Notes: generated by a model from the letters alone, not told the origin. DNA of 64,000 bases from Pseudomonadota bacterium (GCA_040756015.1 JBFMAC010000007.1:42685-106684), one strand, 5' to 3'. Numbered from the stretch's first letter, positions 37,645 through 48,812 are shown. Translations and numbers: made by a program.

Positions 37645-38409
37645 GTGCGTTTCGCGTCGTTGGGGAGCGGGAGCGAAGGTAATGCGCTGCTGGTGCAGGC
37701 GGGCGCAACCTGCATCATGCTCGATTGCGGTTTCGGTATTGCTGAAACCGTCTTGCGTCTGGCGCGGCTCGGCTTGTCACCCGAGGATGTGGACGCCATC
37801 CTGATTACCCACGAACACGAAGACCACAGCGGCGGCGTGGCGCGCTTCTCCGGCAAATTCGGCATACCGGTGTGGATGAGTTGTGGCTCCTGGCGTATGC
37901 TGGGCGATGAATTTGGCGCGGTTACGGTAAACCGGATCGAAGGCCAGCAGCGCTTCCACATCGGCGATATCGATCTGACACCTTATACCGTGCCGCATGA
38001 TGCGCGCGAACCACTCCAGTTCGTGTTTGGCGATGGGGCGCGGCGCCTGGGTGTGCTGACCGATGCCGGTTCGATCACCTCGCGTATCCGCTCCGTGCTG
38101 GATGGCTGCGATGCACTGGTGCTGGAGTGCAATCACGATTTGGAAATGTTGCGCAATGGGCGGTACCCGCCCAGCCTCAAGCAGCGCATCTCCAGCCGTC
38201 TTGGCCATCTTGCCAATGACGAGGCTGCGGGCTTGTTGTCGGACATCGAATGCGGCCGGTTGCAGCACATTGTTGCTGCACACCTGAGCCGGCAAAACAA
38301 CACACCGGACCTGGCGCGTGCCGCGCTGGCGGGGGCGCTGAACTGCGCACTGGAATGGATAGGGGTGGCCGACCAGGATGGCGGCCTTGACTGGCGCGAG
38401 ATTGGCTGA
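37645..38409 (+). CDS. MBL-fold metallo-hydrolase (YycJ/PhnP-like)
   Basis: LGSGSEGN, THEHEDH, PHDA, ECNHD and HLS. Confidence 0.9.
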   Translation: MRFASLGSGSEGNALLVQAGATCIMLDCGFGIAETVLRLARLGLSPEDVDAILITHEHEDHSGGVARFSGKFGIPVWMSCGSWRMLGDEFGAVTVNRIEGQQRFHIGDIDLTPYTVPHDAREPLQFVFGDGARRLGVLTDAGSITSRIRSVLDGCDALVLECNHDLEMLRNGRYPPSLKQRISSRLGHLANDEAAGLLSDIECGRLQHIVAAHLSRQNNTPDLARAALAGALNCALEWIGVADQDGGLDWREIG

Positions 38410-38412
38410 AAC

Positions 38413-38440
38413 AAAAAAGCCGGCGCGAGGCCGGCTTTTC
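38413..38440. terminator. Bidirectional Rho-independent terminator
   Basis: aaaaaagccggc-gcgag-gccggcttttc between convergent genes. Confidence 0.8.
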
Positions 38441-38459
38441 AGGGAAGGCTGTTGTTGCT

Positions 38460-38645
38460 TTAGTGGGCAGCTTCCGCCGGGGCGGCGGCAGGTGCCGATT
38501 CCGCCGGGGCGGCGGCAGGTGCTTCAGCCGGAGCAGGAGCGGGAGCGGCGGCAGGTGCTTCAGCGGGTGCAGCGGTTTCTTCTTTTTTGCCACAGGCGGT
38601 CAAGGAGAGCGCCAGCACTGCGGCGGCGAGCAGAGAGTACTTCAT
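38460..38645 (-). CDS. Small Ala/Pro-rich lipoprotein
   Basis: MKYSLLAAAVLALSLTAC lipobox, AAGG RBS and repeated AAPAE units. Confidence 0.8.
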   Translation of the reverse strand: MKYSLLAAAVLALSLTACGKKEETAAPAEAPAAAPAPAPAEAPAAAPAESAPAAAPAEAAH

Positions 38646-38824
38646 GTCATTCCCTTAATAAGTTAATTGTCGAATAAATGTCTCGTTGGCCGAGAAGGCT
38701 GAACGCAAGCCAGCCAAGGGGCGCATTCTAACAGTTCCGCCAAATAATGCTAGGGGCGGTGAAAAACTCCCTCCTGTGGCGAAGGTTATCGTAAAATAGC
38801 GCCCTTCCTGAAAGTTATCTCAAG

Positions 38825-40216
38825 ATGGTTCGTACACGTTTTGCTCCAAGCCCCACCGGCTATCTGCACATAGGCGGGGCGCGCACCGCGCTGTTTTCCT
38901 GGGCTTATGCGCGCAAGCACCACGGCACATTCATCCTGCGCATTGAGGACACCGACCTTGAGCGCTCCACGCCCGAATCGGTAAAAGCGATCCTGGATGG
39001 CATGCAATGGCTGGGACTCGATTACGACGAGGGGCCGTTCTACCAGATGCAGCGTATGGACCGCTATCGTGAAGTGGTGCGGCAGCTGCTCGACGAGGGC
39101 AAGGCCTATTACTGCTACGCCAGCAAGGAAGAGCTGGAACGGTTGCGCGAAGCGCAGCGTGCGCGCGGCGAAAAGCCGCGTTACGACGGACGCTGGCGCG
39201 ACAGCAAGGCGACACCGCCGACGGGCGTGCAACCGGTGGTGCGCTTCAAGAATCCGCTGCACGGCGTGGTGGCGTTCGATGACATGGTCAAGGGCCGCAT
39301 CGAAGTGCGCAACGACGAGCTCGACGATCTGGTGATCATGCGCGCCGATGGCACGCCGACCTACAACTTCGGCGTGGTGGTGGACGACTGGGACATGAAC
39401 ATTACCCACGTCATCCGCGGCGACGACCACGTCAACAACACGCCTCGCCAGATCAACATCCTCCAGGCACTGGGCGCGCCGTTGCCGCAGTATGCGCATG
39501 TGCCGATGATCCTCGGCGAGGATGGCGAGCGCCTGTCCAAGCGCCATGGTGCCGTGAGCGTGATGCAATACCACGAGGATGGCTACCTGCCGGAGGCGCT
39601 GCTCAACTACCTGGCGCGCCTGGGCTGGTCGCATGGCGACGAAGAGGTGTTCAGCATGGCGCAGTTCGTCGAGTGGTTCAACCTCGATTCGATCAGCAAA
39701 TCGCCCGCCAAATTCAATCCCGAGAAGCTGTTGTGGATCGATCAGCAGTACCTCAAGGGTGCCGATGGCAAGCGCTTGGCGGCATTGGCCGAACCGTTCC
39801 TGCGCAGTGACGGCTGCGATCCCGCGCACGGGCCGGACTTGGCCAAAGTCGCTGATTTGCTCAAGGAGCGGGTCAGCACGGTGGAAGAACTGGCCGATGC
39901 GGCCGTCTATTTTTACCGCGCGCTGGATCCGGGCGACGAACTGAAAGCGCTGCATTACAGTGCCGAGGCCAGGCCAGTGCTGACCGAGTTGGCCGAGAAG
40001 TTTTCCGCAATTGCCTGGGAGCGCAGTGCGATCCACGATACCCTCAAGGCAGTGACTGCCGCGCATGGCCTGAAAATGGGCAAAGTGGCCATGCCGCTGC
40101 GCGTCATGGTTACCGGCGAAGCGCAGACACCGTCGATCGATGCAGTGCTGGAACTGCTCGGCCGTGACGAAGTTATCGCGCGCATGCATCAACAACTCGC
40201 ATTCTTCCCGGCCTAG
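38825..40216 (+). CDS. gltX: Glutamyl-tRNA synthetase
   Basis: [26 protein letters not shown] and LSKRH. Confidence 0.98.
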   Translation: MVRTRFAPSPTGYLHIGGARTALFSWAYARKHHGTFILRIEDTDLERSTPESVKAILDGMQWLGLDYDEGPFYQMQRMDRYREVVRQLLDEGKAYYCYASKEELERLREAQRARGEKPRYDGRWRDSKATPPTGVQPVVRFKNPLHGVVAFDDMVKGRIEVRNDELDDLVIMRADGTPTYNFGVVVDDWDMNITHVIRGDDHVNNTPRQINILQALGAPLPQYAHVPMILGEDGERLSKRHGAVSVMQYHEDGYLPEALLNYLARLGWSHGDEEVFSMAQFVEWFNLDSISKSPAKFNPEKLLWIDQQYLKGADGKRLAALAEPFLRSDGCDPAHGPDLAKVADLLKERVSTVEELADAAVYFYRALDPGDELKALHYSAEARPVLTELAEKFSAIAWERSAIHDTLKAVTAAHGLKMGKVAMPLRVMVTGEAQTPSIDAVLELLGRDEVIARMHQQLAFFPA

Positions 40217-40226
40217 TGCAGATTGC

Positions 40227-40255
40227 TTTACAAGGTAGGGGGGCTTCCGTATAAT
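40227..40255 (+). promoter_or_regulatory. Sigma70 stable-RNA promoter
   Basis: TTTACA-17 bp-TATAAT followed by the GC-rich discriminator gcgccgc. Confidence 0.8.
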
Positions 40256-40267
40256 GCGCCGCTTTAC

Positions 40268-40343
<76 letters not shown>

Positions 40344-40372
40344 CCGTAGTGTAAAGTTAGTAAGTTTTTCTA

Positions 40373-40448
40373 GTCCCCATCGTCTAGAGGCCTAGGACAT
40401 CGCCCTTTCACGGCGGTAACCGGGGTTCGAATCCCCGTGGGGACGCCA
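40373..40448 (+). tRNA. tRNA-Glu(TTC)
   Basis: GTCCCCATCGTCTAGAGG...CTTTCAC anticodon loop...GGTTCGAATCCC...CGCCA, 76 nt. Confidence 0.98.
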
Positions 40449-40453
40449 ATTCG

Positions 40454-40480
40454 AGGCGCATCGCAAGATGCGCCTTTTTC
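40454..40480 (+). terminator. Rho-independent terminator after the tRNA pair
   Basis: aggcgcatc-gcaa-gatgcgcct followed by ttttc. Confidence 0.85.
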
Positions 40481-40535
40481 TTCCCACTTGTTGGCCGTGG
40501 CGCTATGATTGCGCAGTCATTCGAGTGGTGCGCCC

Positions 40536-41948
40536 ATGCCCGTAGTCTTGTGGACCGATGCCTTGATTTACCTGCTGCTGGCAGCGGTGATCGTATTTGT
40601 CGTTGTGGTGCGCCGACGCGAGCATCTGTTGGCGCCGTGGCAGCGTGTGGCGCACAGCAGGAGCGGCATGGCCGCCGCCACGGTGCTGGTATTTTTTCTC
40701 GCGGCCGGCCTGCTCGATTCGGTGCACTACCGTCCCGCGCTGGCAGACAATGGTGGCGAGCGGAATTATTCGGTCGAGGTGCTGAGCCTGTTCGACCTGC
40801 TCGCCACGCAGCTGCGCACTCACACCGAGAAAACCTATTCCGCGCCCCTGGCGGCGCATTTGTTCGCCAAGGAGAATATCTCTCTGGCGGACGGCCGGCA
40901 GGTGCGCGATTTCCCGCGTCTCGTCCATGGCGGCGCACATTTGCCCGATCCTGCGAATGAACTGGCCCATGATGTTCTGTGGCGCAGCGGCCTCGCGTTG
41001 CTGCTGGCGCTGGTCATCTGGCTGGCCCTGGCAGCGGGGCTTGTGGCGTGGCTGGCACGTCGGCGCGGCATCGCCTGGCGCGACATGGCGCGCCAGGTGT
41101 GGTACGGGAAAACCGAAATTCCCTGGCATGTGGTGTTGTTGACGTTGGCCGCGATGCTGGTGGTGGTCGTACCGATGTGGGTGCTGAGCGCGAACTATCA
41201 CGTGTTCGGTACCGACAAGGTGGGGCAGGATGTGCTCTACCTGGCACTGAAGAGCATACGTACCGGCCTGGTGATCGGCACGCTCACCACGCTGGTGATG
41301 CTGCCGTTCGCCCTGCTGCTCGGCATCGCTGCCGGTTACTTCAAGGGCTGGGCCGACGACGTGATCCAGTATGTGTACACCACGTTGAACTCCATCCCAT
41401 CGGTGCTGCTGATCGCGGCGGCGGTGCTGATGACCCAGATCTACATGGACCTGCATCCCGAGCTGTTCGAGACGGTGGCGGCGCGTGCCGACCTGCGCCT
41501 GCTGTTTTTGTGCGTGATCCTCGGCATTACCAGCTGGACCGGGCTGTGCCGCCTGCTGCGCGGCGAAACGCTGAAGCTGCGCGAAATGGAGTACATCCAG
41601 GCGGCACAGGCGTTCGGCGTGTCGCAGTGGCGCATCCTTACCCGCCACATCCTGCCCAATGTCATGCACATCGTGTTGATCTCGCTGGTGATGGAATTTT
41701 CCGCCCTGGTGCTGGCCGAGGCAGTGTTGTCCTACGTCGGCGTCGGCGTCGATCCGTCGATGATCAGCTTCGGCACCATGATCAACAGCGCACGTCTGGA
41801 GATGGCGCGCGAGCCGATGGTATGGTGGGCGCTGTTGGCCGCGTTCAGCTTTATGTTCGTACTGGTGCTGGCAGCCAACCTGTTCGCCGACGCGGTGCGC
41901 GATGCCTTCGATCCGCGCGTGCAGACCCTGAAGGTGAAGACGGCATGA
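40536..41948 (+). CDS. Peptide/nickel ABC transporter permease (DppC/OppC-like)
   Basis: FGTDKVGQD, EYIQAAQAFG (EAA loop), HILPN and EAVLSYVGVG. Confidence 0.9.
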   Translation: MPVVLWTDALIYLLLAAVIVFVVVVRRREHLLAPWQRVAHSRSGMAAATVLVFFLAAGLLDSVHYRPALADNGGERNYSVEVLSLFDLLATQLRTHTEKTYSAPLAAHLFAKENISLADGRQVRDFPRLVHGGAHLPDPANELAHDVLWRSGLALLLALVIWLALAAGLVAWLARRRGIAWRDMARQVWYGKTEIPWHVVLLTLAAMLVVVVPMWVLSANYHVFGTDKVGQDVLYLALKSIRTGLVIGTLTTLVMLPFALLLGIAAGYFKGWADDVIQYVYTTLNSIPSVLLIAAAVLMTQIYMDLHPELFETVAARADLRLLFLCVILGITSWTGLCRLLRGETLKLREMEYIQAAQAFGVSQWRILTRHILPNVMHIVLISLVMEFSALVLAEAVLSYVGVGVDPSMISFGTMINSARLEMAREPMVWWALLAAFSFMFVLVLAANLFADAVRDAFDPRVQTLKVKTA

Positions 41949-43978
41949 GCTTGCTGCATGTCGAAAATCTGCAAACCGTGCTCGACACGGGCGGCAGCGT
42001 GCGGCCGGTAGACGGCGTGACGTTCGATATTGCGCGCGGCGAGACCTTCGCGCTGCTTGGCGAATCGGGCTGTGGCAAGTCGTTGACTGCGCTTTCCATC
42101 ATGCGCCTGTTGCCCGAGGTCGGGCGCATCGCCGGCGGCTTGGTGCGTCTGCAAGACGGCGATGCGCTGGATTTGCTGGCCCTGCCGGAAACCGCCATGC
42201 GCAATCTGCGCGGCAAGCGTATGGCGATGATCTTCCAGGAGCCGGCCGCCAGCCTCAACCCGGTGATGACGGTGGGCGAGCAGATTGCCGAAGTGCTGGA
42301 GCGCCATGCCGGCCTGCGCGGCGAAGCACAACAGCAGCGCGTCCTGGAACTGCTCGATGCGGTGGGTATCTCCGATGCGGTGCGGCGCGCACGCGACTAT
42401 CCGTTCCAGATGTCGGGCGGCATGAAGCAGCGTGTGATGATCGCCATCGCGCTGGCGTGTGCGCCGGACCTGCTGATTGCAGACGAACCCACCACCGCGC
42501 TTGACGTTACCATCCAGGCGCAGGTGCTGGAATTGCTGCGCGAATTGCAGCACAAGAACGGTATGGCGTTGCTGTTGATCACCCACGACCTCGGCGTGGT
42601 GGCAGAGATGGCGCATCGCGTGGCGGTGATGTATGCCGGAGAAATCGTCGAGATCGCTTCGCGCGAGCAGTTTTTCAGCAGGCCGTTGCATCCCTATACG
42701 CAGAAGCTATTCGCCGCCCTGCCGCAGAAAGGCAAGGCCCGGCTGGCGACGATTCCGGGGACGGTGCCGATGTTGAACCGGGAGTTTCCCTGCTGCCGTT
42801 TCGCCGATCGCTGCGAGCATGCCTGGGCGCTGTGCCGCGAGCAGGCGCCGGCATGGACGCTGCTGGAAGGCGGGCGCGGGGTGAGGTGCCATCTTTATGA
42901 AGAACATGTAGCGGGTAGCGCGTGGTCAGTAGCAAAAAGCGAAGAACCGGAGGGCACGCGGATGAGCCATCCGCCACCCGTCACCCGCTACCCACTCTTA
43001 CAAGTTGAAAGCCTGCGGGTTCATTTCCCTATCCGCAAAGGCGTGCTGCAAAGGGTGTCGGGCTACGTCAAGGCGGTGGACGGAGTGTCGTTCGACATCG
43101 CGGCGGGGCGCACGCTGGCTCTCGTGGGCGAATCCGGCTGCGGCAAGACCACGGTGGGCAAATCCATCCTGCGCCTGATCGAGCCGAGCGCGGGCACGGT
43201 GCGCTTCGGCGGGGAAAATATCGGTGCGTTGCGACGAGATCGCATGCGCATGCTGCGCAGCCAGTTGCAGATCATTTTCCAGGATCCCTATGCTTCGCTC
43301 AACCCGCGCATGCGCGTGGCGGAAAGCATTGAGGAGGGGATGGCTGCATTGGAAACGGTGGCTGACGCTGCGGCGCGCATGCGGCGCGTCGACGAATTGC
43401 TGGCCCAGGTAGGATTGAGCGCGGCGATGAAGTACCGCTATCCGCACGAGTTTTCCGGCGGGCAGCGCCAGCGCATCGCCATCGCGCGCGCCCTGGCGGT
43501 GCGGCCGAGACTGATCGTGTGCGACGAGCCGACCAGCGCGCTCGATGTGTCTGTGCAGGCGCAGATACTCAACTTGCTGAAGCAGTTGCAGGATGAACTG
43601 GGATTGGCCTATCTGTTCATCACCCACAACATCGCCGTGGTGGAATTTCTGGCGCATGAGGTGGCGGTGATGTACCTGGGGCGCATCGTCGAGTGCGGCA
43701 GCGCCGAAGAGATATTGAATACGCCCAGGCATCCCTACACGCAGGCACTGTTGTCTGCTGCGCCCAGGCTGGAAAGTGCGGGGGAAAGGCGCGTCATCAA
43801 GCTGAGCGGTGAATTGCCGTCGCCGATCAACCCGCCGCCCGGTTGCCACTTTCATCCGCGCTGCCCGCATGCGATGCCGCAATGCCGTGGCGAGTATCCG
43901 CAGGCGTCGCGCTTCAGCGCGACACACCACGCGCATTGCTATTTATACCCGTCAAATCCACTTAACGACGGCGCTTGA
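41945..43978 (+). CDS. Fused double-domain dipeptide ABC ATPase (DppD+DppF)
   Basis: Two GESGCGK Walker A motifs, MSGGMKQR and FSGGQRQR, and two HPYT zinc-binding tails. Confidence 0.93.
   Translation: MSLLHVENLQTVLDTGGSVRPVDGVTFDIARGETFALLGESGCGKSLTALSIMRLLPEVGRIAGGLVRLQDGDALDLLALPETAMRNLRGKRMAMIFQEPAASLNPVMTVGEQIAEVLERHAGLRGEAQQQRVLELLDAVGISDAVRRARDYPFQMSGGMKQRVMIAIALACAPDLLIADEPTTALDVTIQAQVLELLRELQHKNGMALLLITHDLGVVAEMAHRVAVMYAGEIVEIASREQFFSRPLHPYTQKLFAALPQKGKARLATIPGTVPMLNREFPCCRFADRCEHAWALCREQAPAWTLLEGGRGVRCHLYEEHVAGSAWSVAKSEEPEGTRMSHPPPVTRYPLLQVESLRVHFPIRKGVLQRVSGYVKAVDGVSFDIAAGRTLALVGESGCGKTTVGKSILRLIEPSAGTVRFGGENIGALRRDRMRMLRSQLQIIFQDPYASLNPRMRVAESIEEGMAALETVADAAARMRRVDELLAQVGLSAAMKYRYPHEFSGGQRQRIAIARALAVRPRLIVCDEPTSALDVSVQAQILNLLKQLQDELGLAYLFITHNIAVVEFLAHEVAVMYLGRIVECGSAEEILNTPRHPYTQALLSAAPRLESAGERRVIKLSGELPSPINPPPGCHFHPRCPHAMPQCRGEYPQASRFSATHHAHCYLYPSNPLNDGA
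42908..42990. repeat. Heptamer-based inverted repeat in the ATPase linker (in frame)
   Basis: gtagcgg gtagcgc gtggtca gtagcaa ... ccacccgtcacccgctac; arms match at 15 of 18 positions. Confidence 0.6.
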
Positions 43979-45386
43979 CCACGGAGTTCTGTGCCAGTGC
44001 ACCCGGCCGTAGGTGCAGGCGCTGGCCGGGGTGTATGCGGTCGCCGCGCAGGCGGTTCCAGGATTTCAGCTGCGCCACGCTGAGGCGATGGCGCTGCGCG
44101 ATGCCGGCGAGGGTGTCGCCCTTCCTTACTACATAGCTGGCCACGGCGCGGCGCTTCGGAACGGTGTATTCGATGTTGCTGATGGCGGGGAAGTCGGCGG
44201 TTGCCAAGGTCTTACGTGTTGGCACCAGCAGGGGCTGGCCGGGGAAGGCGACACGGTTGCGTTGCGGAATACCGTTGATCTGTTTCAGGTAGCCCGCACT
44301 TAGGCCGTGGCGCGCGGCGATGCGGTCGAATTTTTCGCCGCGCTTGGCACGGTAAACCTGCCAGCTCAGCAACGGCGCCTCATGATTTTCCAGGTTCTCG
44401 TTAAATACTTCCGCCTTGTCCACCGGCAACAGCAGCGTCTGCGTGCCGTTTTGGGTGATGACCGGGCGGCTGAAGCCGGGGTTGAGTGAAATGAATTCTT
44501 CCAGCGGCACTTCGGCAAATTTGGCGGCGAGTTTTACGTCCATCGCCTGCGATGCGGTGATGGCGGTGAAATAGGGACGGTTGGGGATGGGGGCGAGTTC
44601 CAGGCCGAAACGCTCCGGATCGGCGATGATGTTTTTTACCGCCTGCAGCTTGGGCACGTAATAGCGCGTTTCACGCGGCATTTTCAGGCTGAGGTAATCG
44701 GTGGGCAATCCCTGTGCGTCGTTGCGCGCCATGGCACGTGTCACAGACCCTTCGCCCCAGTTGTAGGCGGCCAGTGCCAGATCCCAGCTGCCGAACAGCT
44801 CATAGAGCTTTTCCAGGTAGTCGAGCGCCGCATCGGTGGCCGCCATCACGTCGCGGCGGCCGTCGTACCACCAGTTCTGCTCCAGTCCATAGGTTTTTCC
44901 GGTGGAAGGGATAAACTGCCAGATGCCGGCTGCGTGGCTGCGCGAATAGGCGCCCGGGTTGTAGGCGCTCTCTATCATCGGCAGCAGCGCGATTTCGGTG
45001 GGCATGCCGCGCTTTTCCAGTTCCTCGACGATGTAGTACAGGTAGCGCCGGCTGCGTTCCACCATGCGCGTGACATAATCCGGGCGGCTGGCATACCAGT
45101 CCTCCTGTTCGCGCACCAAGTCGTTGTCGATGTCGGGGAGGGCGAAGCCGTTGCGGATGCGTTCCCATACATCGTCGATCGGCACGGTGAGGTCGTAGCT
45201 GATCTCCGTGCCGTAATTGCCGATCGATTCCTGTTCCAGAGGCGTGGCATCGGCCAGCGATGGGGCGACAGTGGGGGCGTCGGCCGGTTCGGCGAGGACA
45301 ACGAGATTGGCTATTTCCCCGGCGTGAAGCGGGGCGGGCAACAGCAAGGCAAGGAGTATATGTAGGACAGGTCTGGTATGGCGCAT
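43962..45386 (-). CDS. mltD: Membrane-bound lytic murein transglycosylase D with LysM domains
   Basis: LPMIESAYN, AAGIWQF, AAYNWGEG, ETRYYVPK and two LysM repeats. Confidence 0.93.
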   Translation of the reverse strand: MRHTRPVLHILLALLLPAPLHAGEIANLVVLAEPADAPTVAPSLADATPLEQESIGNYGTEISYDLTVPIDDVWERIRNGFALPDIDNDLVREQEDWYASRPDYVTRMVERSRRYLYYIVEELEKRGMPTEIALLPMIESAYNPGAYSRSHAAGIWQFIPSTGKTYGLEQNWWYDGRRDVMAATDAALDYLEKLYELFGSWDLALAAYNWGEGSVTRAMARNDAQGLPTDYLSLKMPRETRYYVPKLQAVKNIIADPERFGLELAPIPNRPYFTAITASQAMDVKLAAKFAEVPLEEFISLNPGFSRPVITQNGTQTLLLPVDKAEVFNENLENHEAPLLSWQVYRAKRGEKFDRIAARHGLSAGYLKQINGIPQRNRVAFPGQPLLVPTRKTLATADFPAISNIEYTVPKRRAVASYVVRKGDTLAGIAQRHRLSVAQLKSWNRLRGDRIHPGQRLHLRPGALAQNSVVKRRR

Positions 45387-45454
45387 GCAGGAGCTACCCG
45401 TTTGACGTCCCGAATGGTAATAGGCTGAGCGGGTAGCGTCAAGGAAAGCGGCAC

Positions 45455-46219
45455 CTAAAAAATGTCGCGCCAACGGCGCAGCGCTGCAAAGGTCGCCTGC
45501 GGGGAGGTTGGCGCGGTGCCATCGTACCTCGTCACGGCAGCGACAATCGCGCTGTCGTGGCAACGCAGGAAAGGGTTGGTCCGCTTTTCCAGGGCAATGG
45601 TCGAGGGTAGCGTGGGCAGGCCGAGTTCACGCTGGTGCTGTGCTTCGGCAAGGCGCCGATGCAGCGCGGCATTGTCCGGTTCAATGCTCAGCGCGAAACG
45701 CAAATTAACGAGGGTATATTCGTGCGCGCAACACACCCGCGTGTCGTCGGGTAAGGCGGCCAGCTTTTGCAGCGAGGCGTACATTTGCTGTGGTGTGCCT
45801 TCGAACAGGCGCCCGCAACCACCGCCGAACAGGGTGTCGCCACAAAACAAATGCTTTACGCCATAATACGCAACATGCCCCAGCGTGTGGGCGGGGACGT
45901 CGAGTACCGCGAACTCGATGCCGAGCGTGGCGAGTTTGATGGTGTCGCCTTCGCTGACCGGATGGGTGACGCCGGCGATGTTTTCCCGGAGCGGACCGTA
46001 CACCGGTACGTCATGGTGATCGAGGATGGCGGTGATGCCGTCGACGTGATCGGCGTGGTGGTGGGTGATGAGGATGGCGGTTGGTTCGAGCCGCGCTCGC
46101 TCAAGATGGGAGAGCACCGGTGCGGCGTCGCCGGGGTCGATGATGACTGCGTGTCGTCCACGGTGCAGGCACCAGATGTAATTGTCCGCGAATGCGCGCA
46201 GGGGAATGGTTTCCAACAT
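45455..46219 (-). CDS. gloB: Hydroxyacylglutathione hydrolase
   Basis: DNYIW, THHHADH, HTLGH, GDTLF, AHEYT and TNPFLR. Confidence 0.95.
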   Translation of the reverse strand: MLETIPLRAFADNYIWCLHRGRHAVIIDPGDAAPVLSHLERARLEPTAILITHHHADHVDGITAILDHHDVPVYGPLRENIAGVTHPVSEGDTIKLATLGIEFAVLDVPAHTLGHVAYYGVKHLFCGDTLFGGGCGRLFEGTPQQMYASLQKLAALPDDTRVCCAHEYTLVNLRFALSIEPDNAALHRRLAEAQHQRELGLPTLPSTIALEKRTNPFLRCHDSAIVAAVTRYDGTAPTSPQATFAALRRWRDIF

Positions 46220-46241
46220 ATGCCTATGTTTGGGTGTAAGC

Positions 46242-46994
46242 ATGCCGATGTCAACCGATAACGAAAACCTGGCCGCCTGGTTCCAGACGCCGCTGGGCGG
46301 TTATCTGCTCGACCGCGAGCAGCATTACTGCGACCGCATGGTTGCCGACGTGTTCGGTTTCAATGCCTTCCAGTTCGGCCTGCCCGAATACGATTTCCTG
46401 CGCGCCAGCCGCATCGCACTGCGGTGCGTGGTTGGCCGGGATGGCAAGGCGGGCTTGCGCGCGGATTTTCGCGATTTGCCCATTGCCAGCAACAGCGCGG
46501 ACCTGGTGCTGCTGCCGCACGTGCTGGAGTTCCATGTCGACCCGCACCAGATACTGCGCGAAGTGCAGCGTATCATGATGCCTGAGGGACAGATGATTAT
46601 TACCGGCTTCAACCCCTGGAGCCTGTGGGGAATACCGCGCCTGCGCAAGTCTGCGCGTCGGCATTATCCCTGGTGCGGGCAGTTCATAAATTTGTCGCGG
46701 CTGAAGGACTGGCTGGCATTGCTCGGCTTCGAGATCGTCGCCGGGCGCATGTGCTGCTATGCGCCGCCGTTCAAGCAGGAAAAATGGCTGCGCCGTTTCG
46801 CTTTCATGGAAAAGGCGGGTGATCGCTGGTGGCCGGTGGGCGGCGGCGTGTATTTTTTTCAGGCGGTGAAACGCGTACGCGGCATGCGTGTCATCACCCC
46901 GCAATGGCACGAGCGTTTCGCCGCCAAGAAAAACCTGTCTGCAATTCCGCAGAAAGCGGCGCAGAAAGAACCGATCACCATGAAGCGCCCATGA
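46242..46994 (+). CDS. Class I SAM-dependent methyltransferase (YafS-like)
   Basis: WFQTPLG, LPHVLEF and [10 protein letters not shown]; conserved position between gloB and rnhA. Confidence 0.88.
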   Translation: MPMSTDNENLAAWFQTPLGGYLLDREQHYCDRMVADVFGFNAFQFGLPEYDFLRASRIALRCVVGRDGKAGLRADFRDLPIASNSADLVLLPHVLEFHVDPHQILREVQRIMMPEGQMIITGFNPWSLWGIPRLRKSARRHYPWCGQFINLSRLKDWLALLGFEIVAGRMCCYAPPFKQEKWLRRFAFMEKAGDRWWPVGGGVYFFQAVKRVRGMRVITPQWHERFAAKKNLSAIPQKAAQKEPITMKRP

Positions 46995-47437
46995 AAGATA
47001 TGGTGGAAATTTTTACCGACGGCGCATGCAAGGGTAATCCCGGCGCGGGCGGCTGGGGTGCGCTGCTACGCTACGATGGTAAGGAGAAGGAACTGTTCGG
47101 CGGCGAGGCGCACACCACCAACAACCGCATGGAGCTGATGGCGGCGATCCGCGCGCTGGAAGCATTGAAGCGGCCGTGCCGGGTACGCTTGCACACCGAT
47201 TCGCAGTATGTGCAGCAGGGCATCAGCAGCTGGATCGTGAATTGGAAAAAGCGCGGCTGGCGTACTGCCGATAAGCAGCCGGTGAAGAACGCCGATTTGT
47301 GGCAGGAACTCGACCGCCTGGCTACGCAGCATGAAGTCGAATGGATCTGGGTGCGCGGTCACAGCGGCCATGATGAAAACGAAAGGGCCGACACGCTGGC
47401 CAATCGCGGCGTGGAGTTGGCATTGACGGAGAAATGA
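46991..47437 (+). CDS. rnhA: Ribonuclease HI
   Basis: [35 protein letters not shown] and GHSG. Confidence 0.98.
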   Translation: MKDMVEIFTDGACKGNPGAGGWGALLRYDGKEKELFGGEAHTTNNRMELMAAIRALEALKRPCRVRLHTDSQYVQQGISSWIVNWKKRGWRTADKQPVKNADLWQELDRLATQHEVEWIWVRGHSGHDENERADTLANRGVELALTEK

Positions 47438-48138
47438 TGCGGCAGATTTTGCTCGACACCGAAACAACGGGCCTTGATCCCAAGCTGGGTCACCGCGTTA
47501 TCGAGTTGGCCGCAGTGGAAATGGTCAATCGTCGCTTCAGCGGCCGCCGTTTTCACCGTTACCTCAATCCGGAACGCGCCAGCGACGTGGGCGCCTTGCA
47601 GGTGCACGGTCTCACCGATGAGTTCCTCCGGGACAAGCCTAAGTTTCGCGAAGTGGCAGCGGAGTTCCTGGAATTCGTCGGTGGCGCTGAATTGGTGATC
47701 CACAACGCGCCCTTCGACGTGGCTTTCCTCAATCATGAGTTCGCCCTGATCGATCTGCAGCCGATAGCGCATTACTGCCCGCACATCACCGATACGCTCA
47801 AGCTTGCCAAGGAACTGCACCCAGGCAAGCGCAACAACCTCGATTCCCTGTGCGAGCGCTACCAGATCGATAACTCCAAGCGTACCTTGCATGGTGCGCT
47901 GCTCGACGCTGAGTTGCTGGGCGAAGTCTACCTTGCCATGACGCGCGGCCAGGAAAGCCTGCTGATGGAGGTGGCGGCCGCGCCCCGCCAGGACGAGGTT
48001 GTTGCGGTATTGCCCGAAGTGCAAGGCGAGTTGCGGGTGATCGCTGCCGACGAAGCGGAACTGGCGGCGCATGCCACGGTGCTGGAGGAAATCGACAAGG
48101 CCAGCAAGGGGCGCTGCCTGTGGAAGGCACGGTCATGA
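47434..48138 (+). CDS. dnaQ: DNA polymerase III epsilon subunit
   Basis: LDTETTG, HNAPFD and HGALLDA. Confidence 0.97.
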   Translation: MMRQILLDTETTGLDPKLGHRVIELAAVEMVNRRFSGRRFHRYLNPERASDVGALQVHGLTDEFLRDKPKFREVAAEFLEFVGGAELVIHNAPFDVAFLNHEFALIDLQPIAHYCPHITDTLKLAKELHPGKRNNLDSLCERYQIDNSKRTLHGALLDAELLGEVYLAMTRGQESLLMEVAAAPRQDEVVAVLPEVQGELRVIAADEAELAAHATVLEEIDKASKGRCLWKARS

Positions 48139-48292
48139 AGTGACAAATTGCGTCACTTTGCGCCCATATTCGGAGGGTGTGCAGGTGTTGTTGTTATGGG
48201 ACGGAAAACCCGCCTAAATAAATAACATTAAAAACCAAGCAATTAAAATGTCACATGGACGGGCGAAAGTACGTCAAGCAAGCCGCCCAAAC

Positions 48293-48308
48293 TGGCACAT
48301 GGCTTGCG
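48293..48308 (+). promoter_or_regulatory. Sigma54 promoter of the pilin gene
   Basis: TGGCACATGGCTTGCG with exact -24/-12 spacing, about 50 bp upstream of the pilin ATG. Confidence 0.85.
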
Positions 48309-48356
48309 TCAATGCTTGGTGAACACATTGTGTGTTTCGGCCAACAAGGAGCAAAC

Positions 48357-48794
48357 ATGAAACGAGTCCAACAAGGTTTTACCCTGATTGAATTGATGAT
48401 CGTGGTGGCGATTATCGGCATTCTGGCCGCGATCGCGATCCCGGCTTATAACGACTACACTAAAAAGGCGCGCTTTAGCGAGGTAGTACAGGCTTCGCAG
48501 GCGCTTAAGACCGCGGTTGAAGTGTGTGCCAGCGATTTGAATACCCTGACTGGTTGTTCTGATGGTTCGAATGGTATTCCTGCTGCCGCTGTGAACCCGA
48601 GCACTTATGTTGCTAGGGCTTCTGTAACCGATGGTGTCATTACCATTACCCCCAATGCAACGGGTGGTTTGGCGGCTACTGATACCTATATCCTCACACC
48701 TACCTTGGGAGCCAATGGTGTATCTTGGACCAATGCGGCGGCTGGTGCAGTTAGCGGTTGTATTGCAACCAACCTCTGTAAACAAGTACCGTAA
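48357..48794 (+). CDS. pilA: Type IVa major pilin
   Basis: [31 protein letters not shown] prepilin motif, GGAG RBS and four Cys. Confidence 0.95.
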   Translation: MKRVQQGFTLIELMIVVAIIGILAAIAIPAYNDYTKKARFSEVVQASQALKTAVEVCASDLNTLTGCSDGSNGIPAAAVNPSTYVARASVTDGVITITPNATGGLAATDTYILTPTLGANGVSWTNAAAGAVSGCIATNLCKQVP

Positions 48795-48812
48795 GCTTGT
48801 AATCAGTTGATC

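Noticed and set aside
40979-41944. N-terminal 322 aa of the 999-aa ORF
   Set aside because: An alternative frame of the permease gene; the real ATPase starts at ATG 41945, overlapping the permease stop.
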